From positions 64,001 through 128,000 of the forward strand of contig JAWOEX010000021.1 of the NCBI GenBank assembly GCA_046482545.1: DNA of 64,000 nt, read 5' to 3'. This document shows positions 47,657 through 57,367 of this stretch, one piece after another. The notes under the pieces are model-generated. The model made no database searches, was not told the origin of the DNA, and saw only the letters and a list, made by a program, of their open reading frames with translations. Each line of letters begins with the position of its first letter. Position 1 is the first letter of the stretch. The translations under genes were made by a program, and so were the position numbers. Source of the DNA: Candidatus Thorarchaeota archaeon. Its GTDB lineage: Archaea > Asgardarchaeota > Thorarchaeia > Thorarchaeales > Thorarchaeaceae.

Positions 47657-48343
47657 ATGACTAATCCAATCCTAAGAGCAGAAGAAGTGAACAAGGAGTA
47701 CGGTCGGGGAAAGAAGACAGTAGCTGCACTCAAGAGTGTTGATATAGAAGTAGCCCCGGGCGAGTTTGTGGCGGTCCATGGACCATCTGGATGTGGTAAG
47801 TCAACTCTCTTGCATGTCATGGCTGGACTCGAACAGCCAACTTCTGGTCGAATTCTGATTGATGGCGTTGATGTAACATTGGTCAGTGAAAGGGACCTTC
47901 CACGCCTCCGCGCAAAGAAGATTGGATTTGTCTTTCAATCATTCCTCCTCATCGAAGATTTGACCTCATTTGAGAACGTACAGTCAGTTTTGTGGCCAGA
48001 TGAGGAATTGAACAAGAAGAAACAGGAAGCGAAGGCCCTTCGAGTATTGCGCGAAGTTGATATGTTAGAACGTAAAGATCATTTTCCACGCCAACTTAGC
48101 GGCGGAGAACAACAACGGGTAGCCATAGCTCGTGCACTTGTTAATGATCCGCCGATTCTCTTTTGCGATGAACCCACGGGCAATCTTGACTCAGAAAGTG
48201 GCGAGTCAATCATGAAAATCATCGCCAAGCTGAACAAGGAAAAAGGTATGACTGTAATTCTTGTTACGCACGATGAAAGTCTGGCAAAATTCGCCCAGAG
48301 AATCCTTCGTATGAAAGATGGCGTAATCACCTCCGATAAGTAA
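47657..48343 (+). CDS. LolD/MacB-type ABC ATPase
   Basis: GPSGCGKST, LSGGEQQRVAIARAL, DEPTGNLD, VTHD. Confidence 0.95.
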   Translation: MTNPILRAEEVNKEYGRGKKTVAALKSVDIEVAPGEFVAVHGPSGCGKSTLLHVMAGLEQPTSGRILIDGVDVTLVSERDLPRLRAKKIGFVFQSFLLIEDLTSFENVQSVLWPDEELNKKKQEAKALRVLREVDMLERKDHFPRQLSGGEQQRVAIARALVNDPPILFCDEPTGNLDSESGESIMKIIAKLNKEKGMTVILVTHDESLAKFAQRILRMKDGVITSDK

Positions 48344-48427
48344 AGAAAATTGCGGATAATTTGCAGTGGCTAAGGTTTTGGAGCAATAGAGAGAATTTGT
48401 CAGAAAATGAAGAGTGTGTAGGAATCC

Positions 48428-49255
48428 ATGGCCATTGAGGATTGTAAGGAAGCTCAGGCTATTGCAGAGGCAAGAGCCAAAGAGGGTAAAAACAAAGTTG
48501 CTATGAATTTATTCTACAAGACAGCAGAATGCTGGAACCGCTGGGAATCGTTTGTGAAGGCTGCTCAAGCGTATGAAAGAGCGTACGAACACGGGATGTT
48601 GTGCCATGAGTACAGTACTGCAATTGACTATCTCCTCAAGGGAGCAATGGCGTGGATAAGACAAGGAGAATACGAGAAGTTTGAACTTGATTATCAAATA
48701 GCTGCTGAAGGGCATATTATGGCTGCAGAGAAAGACAAGAACCCCCAACACTTCATTGAGGGGGCGTTCTGTGCCATCGTTGGAGGAGATATAGATTTCG
48801 CCAAGGAGCTTATCCATGCGTCAGTAGAGACCTTGAAAGGAACTGCAAAGGAAAAAACAAACCTTGCCTTGATGCTTCTTGAATATCAGTTCGGTGATGC
48901 TGACAGATACATCGAATCTGCTCTAAAGAGAGTGCTCGATAGGAAAGGGGTGAAGAAAGTTCGACAAATTTTTACATTGACCTTTGAAGGATTTGTGCGA
49001 ACTTCTCTAGAATCTGAAGCGGCTGTAACTGTTACAAGCCTTTCAGAAAGCACAGGGTTGTCAGAGAATGTAGTGGAATCGCTTGTCAGAAGAGGCACAA
49101 GAAATGGACACATTCCTGCATTTCTTGATGAGGAAGCCCTCGAACTGATAGTTGATTCGGACCGCTTCGACCTGTCGAGGCTGAAACGAAGAAAAGGACC
49201 TATACAAAGCCGTGAACTGGAGGATCCAGGAGCTTGGGATATGGAACTAGACTGA
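48428..49255 (+). CDS. Helical-repeat (alpha-SNAP/TPR-like) protein with C-terminal PCI-like winged helix
   Basis: N-terminal A..Y..AA helical repeats; VTVTSLSESTGLSENVVESLVRRGTRNGHIPAFLD matches the PCI consensus spacing. Confidence 0.6.
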   Translation: MAIEDCKEAQAIAEARAKEGKNKVAMNLFYKTAECWNRWESFVKAAQAYERAYEHGMLCHEYSTAIDYLLKGAMAWIRQGEYEKFELDYQIAAEGHIMAAEKDKNPQHFIEGAFCAIVGGDIDFAKELIHASVETLKGTAKEKTNLALMLLEYQFGDADRYIESALKRVLDRKGVKKVRQIFTLTFEGFVRTSLESEAAVTVTSLSESTGLSENVVESLVRRGTRNGHIPAFLDEEALELIVDSDRFDLSRLKRRKGPIQSRELEDPGAWDMELD

Positions 49256-49414
49256 TATACTTTGTCTGTAACCATCAAAACTTTCGCAGTTTTGAAGGTT
49301 ACCTCAGAAAGATTTTTACCACAACTAAACCGGTTATGTTTAAGAATCAATAAATATGCAATAACGTTTTTAGTATGGGTTCAGAATTGCGCAACAACGC
49401 GCCTGGTGATATGA

Positions 49415-49633
49415 ATGTCTGAAGGGCTAAGGTGGTTCCGGTGTCCAGTTTGCAAGAAGACAATATACTGGAAGCTGCCAACTGACACCCTAAAACAAGT
49501 AGAGCGATTTCCAGCACCTCTTGTGATTAAACACGAAGATCACTACCTCATCGTTTATGTTGACAGTCATTATCAGCTGGCTGACACGGAAATAGCTGTA
49601 GCATTTGTCGAGGGCATGGGCGAGCAGGAATAG
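49415..49633 (+). CDS. Small putative Zn-binding protein
   Basis: FRCPVC...HEDH..IVYVD; GGTGA SD upstream. Confidence 0.7.
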   Translation: MSEGLRWFRCPVCKKTIYWKLPTDTLKQVERFPAPLVIKHEDHYLIVYVDSHYQLADTEIAVAFVEGMGEQE

Positions 49634-49694
49634 CGGAATCTCATTTTATGATTCTAGCATCCTCTTTTTTGCGGAACACCAGAAAACCGTTCAT

Positions 49695-50246
49695 TCAGAT
49701 TTTGTCAAGTCCGTTATCCAGAGCCCATTCAAGGACTTGTTGAGCCTGAGAACTGGATAGTCTCCACCCGCGCAGATTAGATACGAGTTTACGGATACCA
49801 CCTAACCAATCTCGAAGCACACTGTTGACTCGTGCTCGAAGTGATTCGTCCTCCAATTCTTCCAGAAGAGGCAAGAACTTGCCAACCAGACTTTGGGACA
49901 GAGCCAGAACGGTTTCAACCCTTGCTAGCCACTCCTCACGTGGGAGGCCATCGAGGGTCTGAGCCACAGAGAGGTGATAATCATATTGAGCTGTCAAGTA
50001 TCTCAAACGCCAGCTTAAAAATTCAATAAGTAAAGTAGCATGAGCATTACTCGGAGCAGTTTTGATTACTAAGTCAAGAAAACGCTGTGTCATCGCATCA
50101 GCTGACTGGCTGGCATCGAAATACAGGGCTATCGCTTGCTGGTAGTCTTGGCTCGTCAGATAGTCTGCAGCTTCTTTTGTTGCTTCCTTGAACCGTTGGA
50201 TGACCTCTTTTGTCGGTTTACCTTCAGCGTATTCCATCTTGGTCAC
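49695..50246 (-). CDS. Hypothetical alpha-helical protein
   Basis: 183-aa ORF, amphipathic helical pattern. Confidence 0.65.
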   Translation of the reverse strand: MTKMEYAEGKPTKEVIQRFKEATKEAADYLTSQDYQQAIALYFDASQSADAMTQRFLDLVIKTAPSNAHATLLIEFLSWRLRYLTAQYDYHLSVAQTLDGLPREEWLARVETVLALSQSLVGKFLPLLEELEDESLRARVNSVLRDWLGGIRKLVSNLRGWRLSSSQAQQVLEWALDNGLDKI

Positions 50247-50258
50247 ACACTACTATGG

Positions 50259-50663
50259 CTATTCGTGGAGGTGGTGGAGCTCGGTCTCTAATACCACATC
50301 GAGCTGGTCCAACCAACCTCGAAAGTCTTCCATTTTATCCTCTGGTTTTCTAGAAAAGTAACCTTCCCATACACATTTGTCACTTAATGGACAAAAGCCT
50401 GTTGAATGAATTAGGCGTAATTTGAGTTCTCGCATCCGTTTCAGGAGAAGGTGTGAAACCTCCTCAAAGGATGAAACCATGACACATACGCGCAGCAAAG
50501 AAATCTCGGAGTTTTGAACCGGAATCAACCGGATAAAATTGCTTCGCGTTCCAATGAGTAAAACAGTTTCTCCTTCTTTGAAGCCCACATCATTTTGGAG
50601 CGCTCCAAGGCTGATTCTACCATCCAGTACTGTAGCAAGAATTCCGTTCGTCAGCTCCTTCAT
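50259..50663 (-). CDS. Hypothetical protein, AbrB-like N-terminus plus ACT-like domain
   Basis: DGRISL...VGFKEGETV followed by a beta-alpha-beta-beta-alpha-beta-like pattern; GGAG SD. Confidence 0.5.
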   Translation of the reverse strand: MKELTNGILATVLDGRISLGALQNDVGFKEGETVLLIGTRSNFIRLIPVQNSEISLLRVCVMVSSFEEVSHLLLKRMRELKLRLIHSTGFCPLSDKCVWEGYFSRKPEDKMEDFRGWLDQLDVVLETELHHLHE

Positions 50664-50985
50664 TCATAGCACACTCCTTGCCCACCCGGTTGCTAATCGT
50701 AGTTCTTGATCTCATAGCCAACGCCACTCCGTCCAATCGGATTCGGTCGGAACAACAGCGACATCTCTGTAACCAAGCAATTGCGCACTGTCGAGTATAG
50801 GTTCTCGATATCTGCAGAAATGTTCCCATCCTGCCTTAATAAGTTGAACATAATCCATTTCAACAAGCACACATTCATCCTACTAACTTCTGTTAGTCAA
50901 TTTAGCCCAAGTTTCTTGCGCTTTGCTTCTATATTGTAAATATCAACTGGTAGTGATATGTATGTTTTTTGCAGATATGGCTAAG

Positions 50986-51966
50986 TTAGAGTGGTGGTTC
51001 ATTGAGCCGCTTATATTCATCTGTTGCATTGGTCCAGTTGATGAAATCCTGACTTGGAGGGCGCTCTTCATACAAGCGCTGTCTATCCGCTTCTAGACAG
51101 CTGATATCTTCGCGTTCCAGCTCAGCCATACACAAGACGCAATTGCCGCTTTCCTCTGCGGCGTTCATACTTGGCTTGAGCCATTCTTTCCAACTAAGTG
51201 AGCGCATGAGATGATGGTCCACAACTAGTGTTTCCACAGCATTTGCAAGCGTAACCAAACAAAAGAGAGCTGTTTGTCGATTTTGTTCATCAAATAAATG
51301 TCTCGGTAGATAAATCGGCGGGCCACCGACTATCATGACATCCGAATTCAATGATAACAGATATGACAGAGTTTTCCTGTTCGATGGGCCCTGAATATCT
51401 GGCGCAAAAACTACTGTGGCGTCCTTGTGCTTTACACAGGTGACGACCACATAGCCCAATGGCTTAGCGTCAGGGCCATGTGGTAACGATTCACTATAAG
51501 AAACGGTCGTATCACCAAATTCGAATTCTCTACCATCCGTCCAGACCAGTTCCTCAGCAGCATCGCCAACATGTTTTCTGAAATAGTAAGCTCTCTTCCG
51601 CTGGGATGGGTTGATGTTATCACGGTGGTCTTTGAGCAAGACTCGCTTGTTCTCAAACATGTGATTGGTGTCTTCTAGCGAACTGAAGTTATAGCGATAA
51701 TTTGTAAACGTCGGCCGAACATGATCATAGTGATAGTGCGATATTGAGAGTACATCGGATTTTCTTGCCAATTCAAAAATGTCTGCAAGAGCGGTTTTCA
51801 GAGCATCATACTCCAGAGGGTGCGGCTCCAAACCAAAACGCATTGCCAGACCAGCTGACGGATCAAAGAGAATGGTGATGTCAGGAGTTGTAACTTGAGT
51901 ACAGAGCGACCTTACACCCATGCTTTCAGAGGCTACAGCATGAATCTCGGTATCTCCTATCTTCAA
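50986..51966 (-). CDS. UPF0282 family MBL-fold hydrolase
   Basis: ASESMGVRS, SHYHYDH, INPSQRKRA, PHG, DIQGP, DHHLMR. Confidence 0.9.
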   Translation of the reverse strand: MKIGDTEIHAVASESMGVRSLCTQVTTPDITILFDPSAGLAMRFGLEPHPLEYDALKTALADIFELARKSDVLSISHYHYDHVRPTFTNYRYNFSSLEDTNHMFENKRVLLKDHRDNINPSQRKRAYYFRKHVGDAAEELVWTDGREFEFGDTTVSYSESLPHGPDAKPLGYVVVTCVKHKDATVVFAPDIQGPSNRKTLSYLLSLNSDVMIVGGPPIYLPRHLFDEQNRQTALFCLVTLANAVETLVVDHHLMRSLSWKEWLKPSMNAAEESGNCVLCMAELEREDISCLEADRQRLYEERPPSQDFINWTNATDEYKRLNEPPL

Positions 51967-52487
51967 CGTGATACCTTCCGAAAATATCCCAGTATATAGT
52001 CAGATCCGGATTTTGTAAGCTCGGCCTCGTATGATCGAGTCACCGGGTTATTGAGTTCAAACGTTGCAAACATTTGCCAATCACTGGGTATCAATTCATC
52101 CTTTCGTTGCCTAATATCATCTACACTAAAGGGGCCAATTGTTCCTTCCCGATGGTTTTCCTTGAAATCATCAACCACAGCACTGTTAACGAAAATCAAG
52201 AAATGTTCCAAGAGATTTCCTGCCGTATCAACAAGGCGTTCCGAAACGAGTCCCTGGTATTTGTATTCCTTCACAGACGTTGCCTCTGTCTCCTCTTGTA
52301 CCTCCCTGAGTGCAGCTTCCTTGACATGCTCACCGGGCTCGATTTTTCCACCAACAAGACTTAACAAATTCTCATACGGAGCTCTCTTACGCTTCATGAA
52401 GAGGTAACTGTCCTGCTGCTTGAGAATCGTAACGACAATAGGCGTGATTCCAGGCACTTCAAGTCCCTCTTGTGCAATCTCTCTCAT
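51963..52487 (-). CDS. NUDIX hydrolase
   Basis: GGKIEPGEHVKEAALREVQEET Nudix box. Confidence 0.92.
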   Translation of the reverse strand: MREIAQEGLEVPGITPIVVTILKQQDSYLFMKRKRAPYENLLSLVGGKIEPGEHVKEAALREVQEETEATSVKEYKYQGLVSERLVDTAGNLLEHFLIFVNSAVVDDFKENHREGTIGPFSVDDIRQRKDELIPSDWQMFATFELNNPVTRSYEAELTKSGSDYILGYFRKVSR

Positions 52488-52600
52488 ACTGACTGAATAT
52501 GGCAATTTAAATTTGAATGGTTTAAGAAGCCTACCTGCAGGAAAACAGAAAGCCAAGATTCATAGACCCTCAGCCATCTCCTTTTCTTCGGGTTTCAATA

Positions 52601-54061
52601 GTGGGTGCATTACTGGATGAAGAAGTCAGGAAAAAAGTCCTGAACAAAATCACGCCTACCAAAGAAGAAATTCTTAACCAACAGAAAATGATAGCTAGAC
52701 TTTCTAATCAATTGGAAACGTATGGGAAACGGCGGGGAATTAAGTATGAAACCATAGAAGCCCATGGTTCCACAGGTAAGAAGCAGACTCAGCTTAAAGG
52801 ATCCTCAGATATCGATTTGTTTGTAGCTTTGAATCCAAGCGATTATGATAGGATTCTCTCTTTATCCCAAGATGAGAGAGACAGAAAGCTCACTGAATTG
52901 TTGGATGGATTTGTTGATAACTGGTTCTACCCTGCGTTCAAAGAGCTGAACCCCACCAAACTCCAAAAAATCTATTCTGAGCATCCTTACCTTTCGCTTC
53001 ACTTGGAAGGACAGGAGATTGATGTTGTTTGTTGCTTCAATTTGTCAAGAGATGAGATTGCAGCAGAAGGAACAATTACGGCGGTGGATCGAACACTCCA
53101 TCACACTAGCTATATCATCAAACATTTGAAGAAATCCATGCGATCAGATATTCGGATACTCAAATCATTCGTCAGGGCTGCTCACGTATACGGAGATAAA
53201 TGCGCTATTGGAAGAATGGGATTTACGGGTTACGCTCTGGAACTCTTAGTCATCAACTCTGGTGATTTTGAAGGGGCTATTAGGCAAATCAAAGCATTAG
53301 AAAAGAAACCTATTGACCCTGCGGATAGGTCTCTCGATGAGCTGAAGAACAAACATGAATTTCATGACGACTACATCTTCATAATTGACCCAACGGATTA
53401 TGATAGAAACGTTGCAGCTAGTTTCGATTCGAGAGGATACAAATGGCTCAAATTGCGTTGTGATGAGTTACTGAAGACTGCGAAAAGGGCAGAAGAACAT
53501 AACATGGTTCATCTACTGATTGAGGGAGAAATTCCCACAGAGCCACTACCACAGTGGCTGAAGCCTCACTCACTTTCTGTTGAATTTCAATCAGTCCAAC
53601 CAGTGCACTACACCATCTTGAGGGATAAGCTATACAAGCTAGCGAGCAAAATTGTTGCACGCATGAAAGAGGAAAGAACCGGCGAGAAGAGATTTGGGAA
53701 GACTCTAGCTGAAGTCTATTTTGAAAATGATAGATTCGCTCTTGGTATTGTGGTGGAAAAAGCCAATATCTCGCCGGAGTATGACCGAAAGGGGCCCCCG
53801 TTAAAGATGGATGAAGCTTGCACGAAATTTATGAAAGCGAACTCTCAAGTTTTCAAGCAGGGAGGTTATCTTTGGTCCAAGGAAAAGAGAAAATTCACCT
53901 CCGCAAATGCATTCTTCCAGTATTTAGTAAAAAGAGAGACCATAAAGGGCTTAGAACGGACCAAGAAATCAATTGTTTCAGACCGAGTATTGAACACGCT
54001 TTATCGTTATGTCATGCAGGTGGAAGAAATTCCAGTTGAGAGAGGTAATCAGATTGGCTAA
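52601..54061 (+). CDS. cca: Class I (archaeal) CCA-adding enzyme
   Basis: GS...T.L.G.SDIDLFV, YSEHPY, TAVDRT..H, GFTGYALELL, IIDPTD..RNVAA, GPP. Confidence 0.93.
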   Translation: MGALLDEEVRKKVLNKITPTKEEILNQQKMIARLSNQLETYGKRRGIKYETIEAHGSTGKKQTQLKGSSDIDLFVALNPSDYDRILSLSQDERDRKLTELLDGFVDNWFYPAFKELNPTKLQKIYSEHPYLSLHLEGQEIDVVCCFNLSRDEIAAEGTITAVDRTLHHTSYIIKHLKKSMRSDIRILKSFVRAAHVYGDKCAIGRMGFTGYALELLVINSGDFEGAIRQIKALEKKPIDPADRSLDELKNKHEFHDDYIFIIDPTDYDRNVAASFDSRGYKWLKLRCDELLKTAKRAEEHNMVHLLIEGEIPTEPLPQWLKPHSLSVEFQSVQPVHYTILRDKLYKLASKIVARMKEERTGEKRFGKTLAEVYFENDRFALGIVVEKANISPEYDRKGPPLKMDEACTKFMKANSQVFKQGGYLWSKEKRKFTSANAFFQYLVKRETIKGLERTKKSIVSDRVLNTLYRYVMQVEEIPVERGNQIG

Positions 54062-55127
54062 CAGAAATGTCACGATTGTAACAAATAGAGACATAGGTCT
54101 CCATCAAGCTCCCTTCCCAAAGCCCCACTTGGAGGCCTTCGAAACACCTCTAAGAGTAGAAATTATCGAAGACCATCTGCTCAAAAGCGGTCTTCTAACC
54201 AGTTCGGATATTGTTGAAGTGCCACGTGCATCACCACGAGAGATTTTGGACGTTCATACCCCTTATGTGCTTGACAGCGTTACGATAATGAGTGACCTCG
54301 GAAGTGGTGTGTTAGGAGAATCAGCATATGCAAGCCCCGGACTGCTGCGAAGTGCCCTTGGTGCGGTTGGAGGCAGTATTGGAGCCATGCAAATGGTTAC
54401 CGAGCAGGATGCAATACATGCATTTGCACTGATAAGGCCGCCAGGTCACCATGCATCAACATCGTCGCCAATGGGCCTCTGTTTCTTCAACAACATGGCT
54501 ATCGCAGTTAAGCACGCATTACAAAAGGAGGGAATAGAACGGATTTCTATTCTTGATTTTGATAATCATCATGGCAATGGAACCTCTGAAATATTCTATT
54601 CGGAAGAGAAAGTACAGTATATTTCCATCCACGAATACGATTACGATATGTGTGGAGTAGGGCATTATCACGAAATTGGACATGCAGATGCTGTCGGGAC
54701 TAATATCAATATCCCGCTAGTAGATATGTCACCCGATGTTTCCTACGAGCAAGCACTCGAAAGAATCATTGTACCAGCCATCCAAAGATTCGAGCCTTCT
54801 TTGATCGGAGTTTCAGCGGGTTATGACGCCCACTACGCGGACCCAGTCGGTAACATGAATGTAGATTCAAGCACCTTTTGGCGCTTTGGAAAAGAGGTGT
54901 CTCACCTTGTTGAATCAACAAGTGCCATCGGGTCGTTTTGGACTTTGGAAGGAGGGTACAATCTCTTTACCCTTGGCCTGTCTGTTGAAGCCAGCCTACG
55001 AGGTCTTCGAGGGGAAGAAATGCCGGTTCTTAGAGATCAAATAGAGAGGACAATAGACAGCAATGTTATAGAGAGGAATGGGGATATCATAGACATCGTC
55101 CAAGAAACTATCGAACTCCATCGATAG
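54054..55127 (+). CDS. Histone deacetylase family protein
   Basis: RPPGHHA, GLCFFNNMA, DFDNHHGNGT, SAGYDAH..DP, LEGGY; TTG start overlapping cca. Confidence 0.93.
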   Translation: MANRNVTIVTNRDIGLHQAPFPKPHLEAFETPLRVEIIEDHLLKSGLLTSSDIVEVPRASPREILDVHTPYVLDSVTIMSDLGSGVLGESAYASPGLLRSALGAVGGSIGAMQMVTEQDAIHAFALIRPPGHHASTSSPMGLCFFNNMAIAVKHALQKEGIERISILDFDNHHGNGTSEIFYSEEKVQYISIHEYDYDMCGVGHYHEIGHADAVGTNINIPLVDMSPDVSYEQALERIIVPAIQRFEPSLIGVSAGYDAHYADPVGNMNVDSSTFWRFGKEVSHLVESTSAIGSFWTLEGGYNLFTLGLSVEASLRGLRGEEMPVLRDQIERTIDSNVIERNGDIIDIVQETIELHR

Positions 55128-55204
55128 CAACCCCCAAAAGAATCCCACACAAACTGAAAGATTTTAAGTTCCTAATTCAGACAACATCTTAGAGGAACCA
55201 AATA

Positions 55205-55498
55205 GTGGCAAAAAAGAGACGATCCGGCGGACGTAGCAAAAACAAGTCGGGCAGAACAGGAACAGTCCAATGCTCTAAATGTGGAGCAATTGTTCCTGCT
55301 GACAAAGCAAAGAAGTATACAAGAACAGTATCTCCAGTTGATCCTCAGCTTGCTCGCGAGCTGCGAGAACAGGGAGCTTACATTCGGACTAGCAGAAGAA
55401 CTGAGTATTACTGCATAAGTTGTGCTGTCCATTATGGTAAGGTGAATATCCGCTCTGAGGAAGACCGAAGAGACATAAATGACAGATATCACAGGTAG
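55205..55498 (+). CDS. rps26e: 30S ribosomal protein S26e
   Basis: KKRRSGGRSK..GR..VQCSKCGAIVPADKAKK...YCISCAVH. Confidence 0.96.
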   Translation: MAKKRRSGGRSKNKSGRTGTVQCSKCGAIVPADKAKKYTRTVSPVDPQLARELREQGAYIRTSRRTEYYCISCAVHYGKVNIRSEEDRRDINDRYHR

Positions 55499-55576
55499 AT
55501 TCCAAAACACACAATGCAATTTGCGTCTGGATTAACTTCAAGCACATGATGCGTCCCTTTGATAGGGGTATGCCAT

Positions 55577-56167
55577 ATGCCGATATCCATCTTTCTCAGG
55601 TTTGTTTTGACTTTTCCAGATATATCAACCAAGGGAGATTTCCTCCTCCGAGACCTTCCCGGATCAGGTAATAGAATGGATGTCCTCTGTAGATGTCTTT
55701 CCGCTTGTTTTGGTTGGGGACCAACAATAATCCCAACAAAGGAAATCGGACTTAGGGCAATTCTATCCAATAGTATAACTCTCGTATTTTCGAGTCCAGA
55801 GAATCCAGCCAAGATGGGTGAGACAGACTGGGCAAGAGGCATCCGAGATGCCCTAAAGGGTAATCCGCCAGAATACATATCTGTTCTTGACTTGGACCTA
55901 GAAGAGAACATCAAGGATTTGATTGATTATTCATCCTCACATCTCTGGCTTTTACACGAGCAAGGTAAAAATAGCATACAGACATGGAAAGCTGCTCTGC
56001 AGAACAGTTTTATTCTAGGGTCCCACAAAGGCTACGACTCACATGCGCTCAAAGTAGCAAGAGAATATGGTATTCCCCAGCTTTCAGTCGGGCCGTTACC
56101 CTATCTCGGTAGCCATTGTATCGCAAGTGTTATCACAGAAGCAGAAAGGAGGAAAAACGATGTCTGA
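55577..56167 (+). CDS. trmY: tRNA (pseudouridine54-N1)-methyltransferase, SPOUT
   Basis: LRDLPGSGNRMDVLCRC, LHEQG, FILGSHKG, LSVGP..YLGSHCI. Confidence 0.85.
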   Translation: MPISIFLRFVLTFPDISTKGDFLLRDLPGSGNRMDVLCRCLSACFGWGPTIIPTKEIGLRAILSNSITLVFSSPENPAKMGETDWARGIRDALKGNPPEYISVLDLDLEENIKDLIDYSSSHLWLLHEQGKNSIQTWKAALQNSFILGSHKGYDSHALKVAREYGIPQLSVGPLPYLGSHCIASVITEAERRKNDV

Positions 56168-56528
56168 CTCAGAACTCGTAGATATGGAAAATCCCCCGAA
56201 GGCCATCGATAGGCTCGTAGATGCCAATACAAAAGGAATGCTCTGGATCTATATACTTCGTTTGTTGCAAGAACGACCACACTACGGCTATGAGATAAAA
56301 GAACTTGTCACAGAAAGATTCGGGTTCTCGCCTGCCACAGTCAGTGGATATGCCATCATTTACCGCCTTAAGAGAGATGGGTTAATAGAGGAAGAAGAAG
56401 GAGAGGAGTCCACTAGGAAATATTACGGAATAACCGACAGGGGGAGTAGGGCTATGAAAGAAGCCAAAAAATTTCTTCAAACGACGCTAGACACCGTTTT
56501 CGATATGACGCCGTTAGATGATGAATAG
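56160..56528 (+). CDS. PadR family transcriptional regulator
   Basis: ILRLLQERPHYGYEI...Y.IIYRLKRDGLI...RKYYGITDRG. Confidence 0.92.
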   Translation: MSDSELVDMENPPKAIDRLVDANTKGMLWIYILRLLQERPHYGYEIKELVTERFGFSPATVSGYAIIYRLKRDGLIEEEEGEESTRKYYGITDRGSRAMKEAKKFLQTTLDTVFDMTPLDDE

Positions 56529-56590
56529 CCCTGTAAAGTCACAATTTTTCTTCTGGTTTTTTCACAACACACCTAGAAAAGGCGATTAGA

Positions 56591-57298
56591 TTAACTTCTT
56601 TCTGAGGGGGGCTCGCTGCGCGCTTCAATCTGCATCTTTGCGTAGCTCAACCTCTGCCCAACCGTAATATGAGACAGAATGCCTACTATAACAACAAAAA
56701 ATGCTAGTATATTTGGAATATCCAATGTCGAAATTACAAAATCTGATGCGGAAGGTGGGAAAAATGCTAGTATCTGCAGCCAGATATTTGTTTCAGGTAC
56801 AGCTAACAGGATTATTCCAAGCATAACCAACAGAAGCTTCTCTTGTCTCTCTGCAAGTCCTACAGCACAGTCATCCATGCCACCAACAGATTCAGCTTTA
56901 GCTCGAGAAAAGCTGGCCATTATCATACCGAATAATGTGAAAAAGCCCCAGAACCAAGGAACATACTTACCGGGTGAACCAGCAGGGCCTAGCATCAGTC
57001 CGAGGAGGAAAAGAAACTCGGCATATCTATCCAATGTATGATCGAAAGTAGCTCCAAAAGGAGTTGCCAAATCCGCGGCTCTGGCAACAGCGCCATCGAA
57101 CATGTCAAGCACGATGGCAAATATCATCACAGCTAGGCCAATGAGTAAAGAGCCAGCATAAAAGAAATATGTACTAGTCAAAGCGACTAAAACAGTCAAC
57201 CCAGTAATCATGTTGGGTGTCAAACCAGTTCTGGCAAGAAATCTCCCTATAGGCATCATAGCTCGTTTATACTGTTTTCGAAGCTTTCCTAGTACCAT
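56591..57298 (-). CDS. CDP-alcohol phosphatidyltransferase (archaetidylinositol-phosphate synthase-like)
   Basis: TPNMIT, DMFDGAVARA..ATPFGATFDHTLDRYAE, SFSRAKAES, GLAERQE. Confidence 0.9.
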   Translation of the reverse strand: MVLGKLRKQYKRAMMPIGRFLARTGLTPNMITGLTVLVALTSTYFFYAGSLLIGLAVMIFAIVLDMFDGAVARAADLATPFGATFDHTLDRYAEFLFLLGLMLGPAGSPGKYVPWFWGFFTLFGMIMASFSRAKAESVGGMDDCAVGLAERQEKLLLVMLGIILLAVPETNIWLQILAFFPPSASDFVISTLDIPNILAFFVVIVGILSHITVGQRLSYAKMQIEARSEPPSERS

Positions 57299-57367
57299 CT
57301 ATCATTCCCTTTCCTTAAAGATATGCCGCGCCATTTGGAAATATAATATACATCTTGTGGAGGGGTA

